Program-made: the position numbers and the translations under genes | NCBI GenBank assembly: GCA_004298335.1 | Contig: SCTG01000009.1 | Span: forward strand, 12,134 to 76,133 | Direction of reading: 5' to 3' | Length of the DNA stretch: 64,000 nt | DNA from: Nitrospirota bacterium | GTDB taxonomy: Bacteria; Nitrospirota; Nitrospiria; Nitrospirales; NS-4 | The notes under the pieces: generated by a model | What the model was told of the DNA's origin: nothing | The model's database searches: none | The model's input: only the letters and a program-made list of their open reading frames with translations | Shown here: positions 35,534 through 45,791 of the stretch, piece by piece | How positions within the stretch are numbered: position 1 is the stretch's first letter | Layout: every line of letters starts with the position of its first letter

Positions 35534-36804
35534 ATCACATTTCTGCCATCCAGCAGGCCCTGCGAGAAACGGGGCTCGACGGCTGGCTTTTCTACGACTT
35601 CCGCGGCAGCGATCCCCTCGCCGGCCGCATCCTGAAGCTCGACCCCGCGCGCCACATGACCCGGCGCTGGTACTACCTGATCCCCGCGCAGGGGGCCCCG
35701 ACCAAGATCCTGCATAAGATCGAGCCGCATTCCCTGGACGACGTGCCGGGCGAGAGCCGGCTCTACCTCTCCTGGCAGGAACAGCAGGCGCACCTACGCC
35801 AGCTGTTGACATCGCTCGGCAGGCAAAGCGAGGCTCCGGCTGCGCCAGGCCGAGCGCGGGGCGCGGGGGCATCGGAGCACGTTCCGACGGGCGCACGGGC
35901 CCCCGTTCGAATTGCCATGCAGTACTCGCCGATGAACGCCATTCCATACATTTCGCGGGTGGACGCCGGCACGATCGAGCTGGTCCGGTCATTCGGCGTG
36001 GACGTCGTGACGTCGGCCGACCTCGTGCAGCGGTTCGAGGCCGTCTGGACCGATGACCAATACACGTCGCACTGTCGCGCGGCTGCCGCTCTAAGACAAA
36101 TTGTGGACGAGGCCTTCGCACGGGTGCGCCACGAGATCGCCTGCGGCGCCGTCTTCACGGAGCGCGACCTGCAGCAGGACATCCTGGCCCGCATTGCCGC
36201 CCGCGGCCTGCACACCTACGCGCCCCCCATCGCCGCCGTCAACGCGCACGCCGCGGACCCGCACTACTCGCCGTCGGAACAGGGGTCCTCACCGATCCGG
36301 AAAAATGATCTGGTCCTGATCGACCTGTGGGCCAAGAGCACGGCGCCGGGGAGCATGTACGGAGACATCACCTGGACGGGCTACGTGGGCGAGACCGTGC
36401 CTGCCTGCCAGGCCGAGGTCTTCGCGATCGTCGCGGCCGCTCGCGACGCCGCCATCGCCTTCGTCACGCAGGAGGTCGGCGTGGGCCGCTTTCCCTGCGG
36501 CGGGGACGTGGACGACGTGTGCCGCCGCGTGATCCGGGACGCGGGCTACGGCGACCGGTTCATCCACCGGACGGGCCACTCGATCGGCGAGGAGGTCCAC
36601 GGCAACGGCGCCAACATCGACAATCTCGAAACGCAGGACAACCGGCGCCTGCTCCCGCGCACCTGCTTCTCGATCGAGCCCGGCATCTACCTGCCCGGCG
36701 ACTTCGGCATCCGCAGCGAGGTGGACGTGTACGTCACCGAGCGCGAGGCGATTGTCACCGGCGTCCCCATCCAAACCGCCATCGTGCCGATATTGGCAAC
36801 CTAG
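35530..36804 (+). CDS. M24-family metallopeptidase (Xaa-Pro aminopeptidase-like)
   Basis: TTG start overlapping the upstream TGA. C-terminal pita-bread fold motifs DLWAK...YGDITWT, HRTGHSIG.EVHG, SIEPGIY. Confidence 0.85.
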   Translation: MNHISAIQQALRETGLDGWLFYDFRGSDPLAGRILKLDPARHMTRRWYYLIPAQGAPTKILHKIEPHSLDDVPGESRLYLSWQEQQAHLRQLLTSLGRQSEAPAAPGRARGAGASEHVPTGARAPVRIAMQYSPMNAIPYISRVDAGTIELVRSFGVDVVTSADLVQRFEAVWTDDQYTSHCRAAAALRQIVDEAFARVRHEIACGAVFTERDLQQDILARIAARGLHTYAPPIAAVNAHAADPHYSPSEQGSSPIRKNDLVLIDLWAKSTAPGSMYGDITWTGYVGETVPACQAEVFAIVAAARDAAIAFVTQEVGVGRFPCGGDVDDVCRRVIRDAGYGDRFIHRTGHSIGEEVHGNGANIDNLETQDNRRLLPRTCFSIEPGIYLPGDFGIRSEVDVYVTEREAIVTGVPIQTAIVPILAT

Positions 36805-36862
36805 TCACCCCATCGAGGGAAAAAACGAGGGTGAGAAGGCGCCGGCCCTGCGCTGGAGTTTC

Positions 36863-36891
36863 TTGACAAGCCGTCGAAATCAGATGAGAAT
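36863..36891 (+). promoter_or_regulatory. Candidate sigma70 promoter (TTGACA-17 nt-GAGAAT)
   Basis: Perfect -35 TTGACA at 36863-36868 and -10 GAGAAT at 36886-36891, in the AT-richer spacer about 120 nt upstream of the TIR-STAND gene. Confidence 0.25.
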
Positions 36892-37012
36892 CGCACAATC
36901 ACTCTTAATCCTAGCATGAGCGGGATATACCGGTAGTCTACTCATTATTTAGACGCGGAAACTGGGCTTAACGACTGAGGGTCCGCCGAGGCGGACGCAC
37001 CGAGACTTGGTT

Positions 37013-39421
37013 ATGGGTATGAGTGCCAAACGCTTCCGCATCGCGTTCTCCTTCGCGGGCGAGAGGAGAAACTTCGTCGCTCAAGTTGCTACCATTCTCG
37101 CGAAGAAATTCAGCAAGGACGCGATACTCTACGACAAATTCCACGAAGCGGAGTTCGCAAACTGGAAACTCGGCCTCATCCTTCAGGAACTCTATCACGA
37201 TCAATCAGACATGATCGTCGTCGTGGTATGCCCCGACTACAGCAAGAAGGATTGGTGCGGCCTCGAATGGGTTACGATCCACGGGATGCTTATGTCCGGA
37301 ATGGATCGGGAAATCATGCTTTGCCGATTCGCGCACGCGAAGCTCCAGGGCCTCAACGAAAACGCCGGCTTTGTGGAGCTCGACAGCAAAACGCCAGAAC
37401 AAGCCGCCGAGCTCATCCTCCAACGTCTCAAATTGAACGAAAGCAAGGGTAAGAAACGCAAACGATCTAAACCTGCAACAACACAGAGCGACCCAGCTCT
37501 CCCCCTAAACAACCTCCCACGCCTCACTCCCTTTTTCGGGCGCATTAATGAGTTGAAGAACATTGCGGACGCCCTTTCGCCGAAGACACGCACGTGGGGA
37601 GTGCTCATTGATGGTCCCGGCGGAATTGGGAAGACCTCACTGGCCATTCGCGCCGCCGAGTTGGTGCCGGCGGGGCAATTCCTGCACATCTTCTTCATCT
37701 CATCGAAAGAGCGAAAGATGACCGCTGATGGCAAGAGAACACTCTCCGATTTCGTGACCCCCGGCTATCTCGATATGCTCAATGAGATCGCCCGTTTGTT
37801 GAAGCAGCCCGACCTTGCGAAGCAGCCGGAAACCGACCGAGCACGGTGCCTCATCGACGCGCTCAGCGCCATCCAAGTGCTGCTCGTTCTTGATAACCTC
37901 GAATCCCTGCCGAAAGACCAGCAGAGCCGGCTCTTCGAGTTCCTGAGCCAGCTCCCGCCGAGCTGCAAAGCCATCACCACGAGCCGCCGCCGCACCGATG
38001 TCGATGCGCGTATCATCCGGCTTGCAAAGCTCGACCGGGATGCAGCTCTCGCCCTCATTGCCGAACTCGCCACAGACCGACCGCTTCTCGCGAAAGCCAC
38101 TGCTCAAGAGCGCATCCATCTCTACGAGGAGACCGGCGGCAATCCGCTGCTCCTGCGTTGGGTTGCGGGTCAGCTCGGCAAGGGCCGCTGCCGCACCATT
38201 GCCAGCGCGCTGGGCTTCCTCCGCAACGCCCCTGCGGACAATGACCCGCTGGAGTTCATCTTCGGCGACCTGTTGGAGACATTCACCCAAAACGAGACCA
38301 AAGTCCTTGCTGCGCTCACCTACTTCACCCAGCAGGTTGAGGTGAAGCTGATCACCGAGCTCTCAAACATCTCCAAGACCGCCGCGGAGACCGCGCTGGG
38401 CGACCTCTCCGGCCGCGCGCTCGTGGTGCCGGACGAGGAGGAGAAACACTTCGCCCTCGTGCCGATGGTCGCCGACTTCCTGCGGCGCAAACGGCCCGAA
38501 GTCGTCGTGGAAACTGGCAGCCGGCTGGAGCAGCGCGCCTACGCGCTGATCATGGAGAACAGCTACGAACGGCACGACCGTTTCCCGGTGCTCGATGCCG
38601 CCTGGCCAACCGTGACTCCTGCCTTGCCGCTCTTCCTCGCCGGGCCAAATCCGCGGCTCCAGACCGTGTCCAATGCGCTCTCCTATTTCCTGGACTTCAC
38701 GGGCCGCTGGGATGAATTGCTCTCGATCAGCCAGCAGGCGGAAGCCAAGGCCGTGGCGGCCGGCGATTACGACAACGCCGGCTGGCGGGCTTATCAGATG
38801 GGTCGGATTCACTCTCTCCGCGGTCAGGCGGACGCGGTGCTGGCCTGTGCCGACCGCACGGCGGCACACTGGCAGACCGCGCAGGCCGACGCCCCCAAGC
38901 GCGCCATCGCCATCTGTTTGCGCGGGCAAGGTCACCACTTGAAGGAGGACTACCCCGCCGCTATCGCCGCCTACCGCGAGGCACTGGATTTGTCCAGCAC
39001 CGTTTCCGCCGAGAGCAAAGACGTGGCCATCACCATAAACTGTATCGCCAATGCCGAGAATGACTCGGGCGATTTCGCGGCGGCGGAGCGGGATTATCGC
39101 GAGGCGCTGCGGGTGGCCAGTGCGGTGGATTACGCCGAGGGCGTGGCCTACATCACGGGCAATCTTGCTGGGTTGGCACTGGAGCGGAAAGACTGGTCTG
39201 GCGCCGAGACCCTGGCCCGCGAGGCCCTGACTTTGGCCGAAAAGGTGGGCCGCCAGGAATTGATCGCCTCGGACTGTCGCCGCTTCGCCCTGGCTTTGGT
39301 ACGGCAGGGGAAAAAGGCCGAAGCCCTGCCTTACGCCCGGCGCGCGGTAGACATCTACACCTCACTCGGTTCGCCCAACCTCAAATACGCCCGGGCGGTA
39401 TTGCGCGAATGCGAGTCTTGA
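37013..39421 (+). CDS. TIR - NB-ARC (STAND P-loop NTPase) - TPR protein
   Basis: TIR: FRIAFSFAGERR...VVCPDYSKKDWCGLEW. NB-ARC: P-loop GPGGIGKTSLA, Walker B LLVLDNLE, ITTSRR, GGNPLLL. The C-terminal ~240 aa are TPR-like. The start is ambiguous (TTG 37007, ATG 37013 or ATG 37019). Confidence 0.85.
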   Translation: MGMSAKRFRIAFSFAGERRNFVAQVATILAKKFSKDAILYDKFHEAEFANWKLGLILQELYHDQSDMIVVVVCPDYSKKDWCGLEWVTIHGMLMSGMDREIMLCRFAHAKLQGLNENAGFVELDSKTPEQAAELILQRLKLNESKGKKRKRSKPATTQSDPALPLNNLPRLTPFFGRINELKNIADALSPKTRTWGVLIDGPGGIGKTSLAIRAAELVPAGQFLHIFFISSKERKMTADGKRTLSDFVTPGYLDMLNEIARLLKQPDLAKQPETDRARCLIDALSAIQVLLVLDNLESLPKDQQSRLFEFLSQLPPSCKAITTSRRRTDVDARIIRLAKLDRDAALALIAELATDRPLLAKATAQERIHLYEETGGNPLLLRWVAGQLGKGRCRTIASALGFLRNAPADNDPLEFIFGDLLETFTQNETKVLAALTYFTQQVEVKLITELSNISKTAAETALGDLSGRALVVPDEEEKHFALVPMVADFLRRKRPEVVVETGSRLEQRAYALIMENSYERHDRFPVLDAAWPTVTPALPLFLAGPNPRLQTVSNALSYFLDFTGRWDELLSISQQAEAKAVAAGDYDNAGWRAYQMGRIHSLRGQADAVLACADRTAAHWQTAQADAPKRAIAICLRGQGHHLKEDYPAAIAAYREALDLSSTVSAESKDVAITINCIANAENDSGDFAAAERDYREALRVASAVDYAEGVAYITGNLAGLALERKDWSGAETLAREALTLAEKVGRQELIASDCRRFALALVRQGKKAEALPYARRAVDIYTSLGSPNLKYARAVLRECES

Positions 39422-39773
39422 CCGTCCGACGTAGATCGGAAGTTGGAACCCTGCACAGAGTCCAGAATCCGGCTGGCAACGTAGCCCGAGCACCGCAGGC
39501 GCGATTGCAGTGTCGAACCGGCTTCAGGAAGCTAGGGCAGACAGGGCAGGTTCGACGCTGCGGTCCGTTTCGTGGGCGCGAGATTTGGGTCTTTCCACAT
39601 CGACCGTCCTTGTGCGAGAGGCCCACGTCTAACAATGGCATGCGGTTGACGGCGCTGCGCGCCGCCGCTGATGCCGGGCGTTAGGCGGCACTTCTAAGCG
39701 AGTGGCGGGAGTAGCAAACGTTCCCCCTTCACGATCCTCTCGCCCTCTAGGGCGAGGAGAGCCTGATGAATCC

Positions 39774-39803
39774 TTGACACCCATCGGAGCCGGCAGTTAG
39801 AGT
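39774..39803 (+). promoter_or_regulatory. Candidate sigma70 promoter (TTGACA-18 nt-TAGAGT) giving a leaderless tatA mRNA
   Basis: Perfect -35 at 39774-39779 and -10 TAGAGT at 39798-39803. ATG 39810 follows 6 nt later, and no SD sequence is present. Confidence 0.35.
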
Positions 39804-39809
39804 AATTGC

Positions 39810-40628
39810 ATGTTCGGCACCATGGGCATTACAGAGCTGATCCTGATCCTGGCGATCGTGTTGATCGTCTTCGGCGCGGGCAAACTGCCGAAGATCGGCG
39901 AAGGACTCGGGAAGGCCTTGAAGGGCTTCAAGAAGGAAGTCCGCGAGGCGGAACCCATTCCGCAGGCGCCGGAGCAGGCCCAGGCGGTGGACGCCCAGGT
40001 CGTCGGAATCGCGCCCGCCACGGGCGCAGCTCCAACGGCGCCGGCACAGCCGGCCGCGACCGCCGCGCCAGCGGCCCCCGCCGGACCCCCGCCCGTTCCC
40101 CCACAGATGGGCCCGGCCGCCACGCCGGGAACGACCGCGTACATGGTGGCCCAGCAATCCTGGAAACCCGTCACCCCTCCGCCGGTGGCTCCCCCTCCGG
40201 CGCCCGCGACCGCAGGCAATCCAGTGGCGGCGGCCGCTCCGGCCCAGCCGGCCGGATTCAAGGCCGAAGTGAACAAGCCCGCCGTCCAACGCGTCATGGC
40301 CCAGCAGGCCGCGATGAAGGCCAAACAGCAGCAGCCGCAGAACGCTCCCCCCACCATGGATCGGCAGGCCCTGGAAGCAGCCGGCATGCAGCCTCCGCCG
40401 GCCGACCCCGGCTCGAAACCGATGGTGAAGGTCCCCGATCTGCAAAACCTCGGCTCGGGCATCGGCGACGCGCTCCGCACGTTCCGCGAAGCCGCGAACG
40501 ACGTGAAGCGGGCCGTCGATCCTTCGATGCACCAGATCAAGGCCGAAATGGAAGCGGCGCAGAAAGAGATCCAGGGCTCGATCGATTACGTCAAGGAAAG
40601 CCCCAAGGTCGAAGAACCTCCCAAGTAA
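39810..40628 (+). CDS. tatA: TatA/E-family twin-arginine translocase protein with a long Pro/Ala-rich extension
   Basis: N-terminus MGITELILILAIVLIVFGAGKLPKIGEGLGKALKGFKKE is a canonical TatA TM segment plus amphipathic helix. The 272-aa total length is unusual. Confidence 0.8.
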   Translation: MFGTMGITELILILAIVLIVFGAGKLPKIGEGLGKALKGFKKEVREAEPIPQAPEQAQAVDAQVVGIAPATGAAPTAPAQPAATAAPAAPAGPPPVPPQMGPAATPGTTAYMVAQQSWKPVTPPPVAPPPAPATAGNPVAAAAPAQPAGFKAEVNKPAVQRVMAQQAAMKAKQQQPQNAPPTMDRQALEAAGMQPPPADPGSKPMVKVPDLQNLGSGIGDALRTFREAANDVKRAVDPSMHQIKAEMEAAQKEIQGSIDYVKESPKVEEPPK

Positions 40629-41401
40629 TGTCCGCCTTCCCCTGTTTCCGCAGCATGCCCTGGGCGCTCCTTTTCAGCAGTCTCATCCTCACCGCCTGTT
40701 TCGTGTCCACGGACCAGCGCGAGGCCACGCCCGAGCAGGTGCTGCCGCGCCTCCTGGCGGTGCTGAAGGACCCGAACCCGGAGCTGCGCCGCACCGCCGC
40801 GCAGTCTCTCGGCAAGATCGCGCGCAAAGAGGCGGTGCCGGCTCTCCTGGAGGCCTTGCGCGACCCCGATGCGGGCGTGCGCCGTCAGGCCGCGTGGGCC
40901 ATGGGCATGATCGGCGAGGACGCCGTCGGCCCGGACCGCTCGCCGCTCGCCCCGCTCCTGTTCGACGCCGATCCGGACGTGCGCGAGGCCGCGGCCACGG
41001 CGCTCGGGCTCACGGGCGACACGCAGGCGGGCATCGAACTGCTGCTGGAGCGGCTGCGGGAGCCGGGCACGTCGAGCGACAGCAGGCGCCTGGCGGCTGC
41101 GTCGCTGGGCGGCATGGAAGCCCGCTCGGCCGTGACGGCGCTGATCGGGCTGCTGGCCGATCCGGACCTGCGCGTGCGCCGGTGGGCCGCGGCAGCGTTG
41201 GGCGAGATCGCCGACGAGCGCGCCGTCAAGCCGCTCGGCGCGCTGACGATGAAAGATCCCGACCCGGGCGTCCGCCTCGAAGCCGCGTTCCGGCTCGGCA
41301 AGTTCGGCGGCGTCGCGGCGCGGCCGGCGCTGACCGCGGCCCTGAAGGACGCCAACGCGGACGTCCGGCGCGTGGCCGCCGCCGGCTTAAAGGAGCCGTG
41401 A
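40628..41401 (+). CDS. HEAT-repeat lipoprotein
   Basis: ATG shares one nucleotide with the tatA TAA. Lipobox LTAC. Repeated D.(D/N)..VR..AA.ALG.IG....V..L units (PBS-lyase HEAT-like). Confidence 0.7.
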   Translation: MSAFPCFRSMPWALLFSSLILTACFVSTDQREATPEQVLPRLLAVLKDPNPELRRTAAQSLGKIARKEAVPALLEALRDPDAGVRRQAAWAMGMIGEDAVGPDRSPLAPLLFDADPDVREAAATALGLTGDTQAGIELLLERLREPGTSSDSRRLAAASLGGMEARSAVTALIGLLADPDLRVRRWAAAALGEIADERAVKPLGALTMKDPDPGVRLEAAFRLGKFGGVAARPALTAALKDANADVRRVAAAGLKEP

Positions 41402-41952
41402 ACAGCCCCGCGCCGAAACCGATCCTGGGCGTGGACATCGACAACGTCCTGGCCGATTCGGACGTCCAACTACGGGAGATGATTCGGGAGATGTACGGAA
41501 TCGACCTCAAGGCCGAACAGATGACCCGCTACGAGTACGAGGCCTACGGGGTCACCTGGGAGCAGCTCGGCGAGGTCTTCCGGGTCTTCAACACCGACAC
41601 GTGCCGCACCCTGGAACTTGTGCCGGGCGCGAAGGCCGCCATGCAGCTTCTCGCGCCGCGGTACGAGATCGCGCTCGTCACGAGCCGCGACCCGGAGGCC
41701 AAGGCGGGGACGGAATACTGGCTGAAGGCCAATGCCCTTCCCTACGACCAACTCCACTTCAACGACGAAAAGCACGCGCTCGGCATCCCCTACCGGGCCT
41801 TCATCGAGGACCGCCACGAGCACGCGCACCGCATCGCGGGCACCGGCGTCGCCGTCTATCTCCTGCGGCGCCCCTGGAACGCCCGCCCGCTCGCCCACCC
41901 CAACGTCCGCCACGTCGACAACTGGGACGAGATTCTGAAACACCTACTGTAA
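41398..41952 (+). CDS. HAD-superfamily 5'(3')-deoxyribonucleotidase-like protein
   Basis: GTG start after an AAGGAG RBS, overlapping the upstream stop. HAD motif I GVDIDNVLAD. NT5C-like length of 184 aa. Confidence 0.6.
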   Translation: MNSPAPKPILGVDIDNVLADSDVQLREMIREMYGIDLKAEQMTRYEYEAYGVTWEQLGEVFRVFNTDTCRTLELVPGAKAAMQLLAPRYEIALVTSRDPEAKAGTEYWLKANALPYDQLHFNDEKHALGIPYRAFIEDRHEHAHRIAGTGVAVYLLRRPWNARPLAHPNVRHVDNWDEILKHLL

Positions 41953-42058
41953 GATCGGCGGGTGACGCCGGTTGGGGGCCCCCCGCCGCCTGCATCTTTT
42001 CGTGAAGCCGGCGGGGGAAACCGGCGACAGGACCCGCCATACAATGAATGAACGAGTT

Positions 42059-43132
42059 ATGCGCATCGTCGCCCACATCGACATGGACGCGTTCTTCGCG
42101 GCGGTGGAGGAGCGGGACACGCCGCGCTTCCGCGGCCTGCCGATCGCCGTCGGCGCCGACCCGGACGGCGGCCGGGGACGCGGCGTCGTGGCCGCAGCCA
42201 ACTACAAGGCCCGCGCCTACGGCATCCACTCCGCGCTGCCGATCACCCAGGCCTGGCGCCTCTCGGAGGCCGCCCGGCGGGCCGGCAAACCCCCCGTCGT
42301 GTTCCTGAGCGTGGACATGAAAAAGTACGCCGCGGTCTCGGACCGGGTCATGGCGATCATCCGGAGCCACGCGCCGGTCGTGGAGGAAGCCGGCATCGAC
42401 GAGGCCTATGCCGATCTCGGTTTCGCCGACTCTTACGAGAAAGCGGAAGAGGTCTGCAGGGCCATCAAAGACGCCATCCGCGCGAACGAGCGGCTTACTG
42501 CGTCGGTCGGCCTCGGACCCAACAAAATGATCGCCAAGATCGCCTCGAACGAGCACAAGCCGGACGGCCTCACGGTCGTCCGCGAAGAGGAGGCCGCAAC
42601 GTTTCTCGACCCCCTGCCCGTCCGCAAGATGCCCGGCATCGGCCCCAAGACGGAAGCCGAGCTGGCGAAACAGGGGATCGCGCTCGTGCGGGACCTCAAG
42701 CGCTTCTCGCGGGAAGAATTACAGGACCGGTTCGGCAAGCGCGGGCTGGACTTCTACGAGGAGGTCCGCGGACGGGACGACGCGCCGCTCCAGGAGCACT
42801 ACGAACCCAAATCCATCGGCGAGGAGGAGACGTTCGATCGGGACACGCGCGATGCGATGCTGATCGGCGAGCGTCTCAAGGCGCTCTGCCAGGAAGTGAT
42901 GCGGCGGTTCGAACGGGACGGCTTTGAGACGTTCCGCACCGTCGTCGTGAAGGTCCGGTTCGCCGACTTCGAAACCCACTCGCGCGCCCACACGCTGCGG
43001 AACGCCGCCAATTCCGGGGCAGCCCTGGAACGTGAAGCCTTGAAGCTGCTGCTGCCCTTCCTCGACCGCCGCGACAACCCGCAGCACAAAGCGATCCGCC
43101 TCATCGGCGTCCGCGTCGAGAAGCTGGGTTAG
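42059..43132 (+). CDS. dinB: DNA polymerase IV
   Basis: MRIVAHIDMDAFFAAVEERD, SVDEAYADL-like region (GIDEAYADL), SVGLGPNKMIAKIAS. An alternative start at ATG 42044 would add 5 aa. Confidence 0.9.
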   Translation: MRIVAHIDMDAFFAAVEERDTPRFRGLPIAVGADPDGGRGRGVVAAANYKARAYGIHSALPITQAWRLSEAARRAGKPPVVFLSVDMKKYAAVSDRVMAIIRSHAPVVEEAGIDEAYADLGFADSYEKAEEVCRAIKDAIRANERLTASVGLGPNKMIAKIASNEHKPDGLTVVREEEAATFLDPLPVRKMPGIGPKTEAELAKQGIALVRDLKRFSREELQDRFGKRGLDFYEEVRGRDDAPLQEHYEPKSIGEEETFDRDTRDAMLIGERLKALCQEVMRRFERDGFETFRTVVVKVRFADFETHSRAHTLRNAANSGAALEREALKLLLPFLDRRDNPQHKAIRLIGVRVEKLG

Positions 43133-43746
43133 CCGCCCTCTCCCATCCACTTCAGGATCTGCGCCTGGCGCTTCGACAGGTACGGCGTGAGCCGGAGCGG
43201 ATCGTGGCGCCGGGGCGCGGGCAGGATCGCGGCCAGCAGGGCCGCCTCGTCGGCGCTCACGTCCTCGGCGGACTTGCCGAAATGATGGCGCGCGGCCGCC
43301 TCCGCGCCGAAGACGTCGTGCCCCCATTCCGCCGTGTTCAGGTAGAGCTCCAGAATCCGCTTCTTGGGAAGGGTCCGCTCGATCTCCCAGGTGAGCAACA
43401 CTTCATGCGCCTTCCGGAACAGGTTCTTTTCAGACGAGAGATACAAGTTCTTCGCCAACTGCTGCGTGATCGTGCTCCCGCCCCGCCGGAGCTGGCCTTT
43501 TTCCCAGTTGCGGGTCAGCGCCTCTTTGAGACCGTCCCAGTCGAATCCCTGGTGGCGATAGAACGACGCGTCCTCGGCCGCGAGGACGGCCTTCCGCAGG
43601 TGCGGCGAAATGCGCGCCAGCGGCACCCACGTCCACTGCAGCGCGAACGGGCGGCCCTTGCCGGGCGCCTCCGCTTTTCTGGATTCGATGAAGGCGGTGG
43701 TGGTCGGATTGGACTTGGCGAGCCCCGCGACGTCCGGCAGCGTCAC
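43129..43746 (-). CDS. mtgA: Monofunctional peptidoglycan glycosyltransferase
   Basis: GT51 motifs EDASFYRHQGFDW and RGGSTITQQLAKNLYLS. The first canonical start (GTG 43746) lies after the expected N-terminal TM anchor (see findings). Confidence 0.85.
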   Translation of the reverse strand: MTLPDVAGLAKSNPTTTAFIESRKAEAPGKGRPFALQWTWVPLARISPHLRKAVLAAEDASFYRHQGFDWDGLKEALTRNWEKGQLRRGGSTITQQLAKNLYLSSEKNLFRKAHEVLLTWEIERTLPKKRILELYLNTAEWGHDVFGAEAAARHHFGKSAEDVSADEAALLAAILPAPRRHDPLRLTPYLSKRQAQILKWMGEGG

Positions 43747-43845
43747 GAACCAGTAGAGAATGACGCCGCCCGCCGAGAGGGCCAGCAGGAAGAACAGGCC
43801 GGCGATGAAGCGGAGGATACGCGTAGCGGAAAACGGCTCCGGGCG

Positions 43846-45096
<1,251 letters not shown>

Positions 45097-45098
45097 AC

Positions 45099-45752
45099 CT
45101 ACTTTACTATATCATTATTTTTGTCGGATCCATCCTTGGAAATTTTCAGGCTCTTCGGCGCCCGCACGATGACCTCGTCCACGATGCCGTAAGCCCGCGC
45201 CTCCTCGGCGGACATGAAGTAGTCGCGCTCGGAATCGCTGTGGACCTTGTCGACCGGCTGGCCGCAGTGTTTCGCCAGGATCTCGTCCAGCCGCTTGCGG
45301 ATCTTGATGATCTCCTCGGCCTGGATGCTGATGTCGGTCGCCTGGCCCTGGAACCCCCCGCTCGGCTGGTGGATCATGATCCGCGCGTTCGGCAGCGCGT
45401 AGCGCTTGCCCTTCGTCCCGGCCGCCAGCAGCAGCGAGCCCATGCTCGCCGCCTGGCCCACGCAAATGGTGGCGATGGCGGGCTTGATGTACTGCATCGT
45501 GTCGTAGATGGCCAGCCCCGCCGTCACCAGCCCGCCGGGAGAGTGGATGTAGACGTTGACGTCCTTCTCCGGGTCCTCCGCCTCCATGAACAGGAGCTGG
45601 GCGATGATGAGGTTCGCGACCGTGTCGTCGATCGGCTCGCCGATGAAAATGATCCGATCCTTGAGGAGGCGGGAATAGATGTCGTAGGCGCGTTCGCCCC
45701 GGTTGGTTTGTTCGATGACCATCGGAATGAGCATTTGGCCGGACTCCTTCAT
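45099..45752 (-). CDS. clpP: ATP-dependent Clp protease proteolytic subunit
   Basis: Ser-His-Asp context [24 protein letters not shown]-like (DSERD). It has a basic C-terminal tail of about 20 aa. The start may be the Met at 45734. Confidence 0.95.
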   Translation of the reverse strand: MKESGQMLIPMVIEQTNRGERAYDIYSRLLKDRIIFIGEPIDDTVANLIIAQLLFMEAEDPEKDVNVYIHSPGGLVTAGLAIYDTMQYIKPAIATICVGQAASMGSLLLAAGTKGKRYALPNARIMIHQPSGGFQGQATDISIQAEEIIKIRKRLDEILAKHCGQPVDKVHSDSERDYFMSAEEARAYGIVDEVIVRAPKSLKISKDGSDKNNDIVK

Positions 45753-45791
45753 GACATTATCTCATAATCGTGCCGCGTTTCAGCCTGTCCA

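Noticed and set aside
35800-35905. A Gly/Ala/Arg-rich segment (LGRQSEAPAAPGRARGAGASEHVPTGARAP) inside the M24 peptidase, considered as a possible insertion or frameshift.
   Set aside because: The reading frame stays open, and both flanking parts read as one continuous peptidase. Without an alignment I cannot show it is an insertion, so I left it as a linker between the N- and C-terminal domains.
39409-39684. A 91-aa ORF (ending ...MRLTALRAAADAGR) in the spacer after the TIR-STAND gene.
   Set aside because: It has no RBS and Arg-rich composition with no motif, and it overlaps the inverted-repeat element. It is most likely non-coding.
36805-39809. Possible direct repeats or att sites flanking the TIR-STAND insert (caccccatcgaggg at 36806 versus cacccatcggagcc at 39778, and cttgaca in both flanks).
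   Set aside because: The matches are short and imperfect (about 11/14). The cttgaca copies are more simply explained as -35 promoter boxes. I cannot call insertion boundaries by eye.
39747-40540. Minus-strand ORFs of 247-261 aa antisense to tatA.
   Set aside because: They mirror the Pro/Ala-rich low-complexity linker of TatA (GC-rich repeats read open in several frames). The TatA N-terminus fixes the coding strand.
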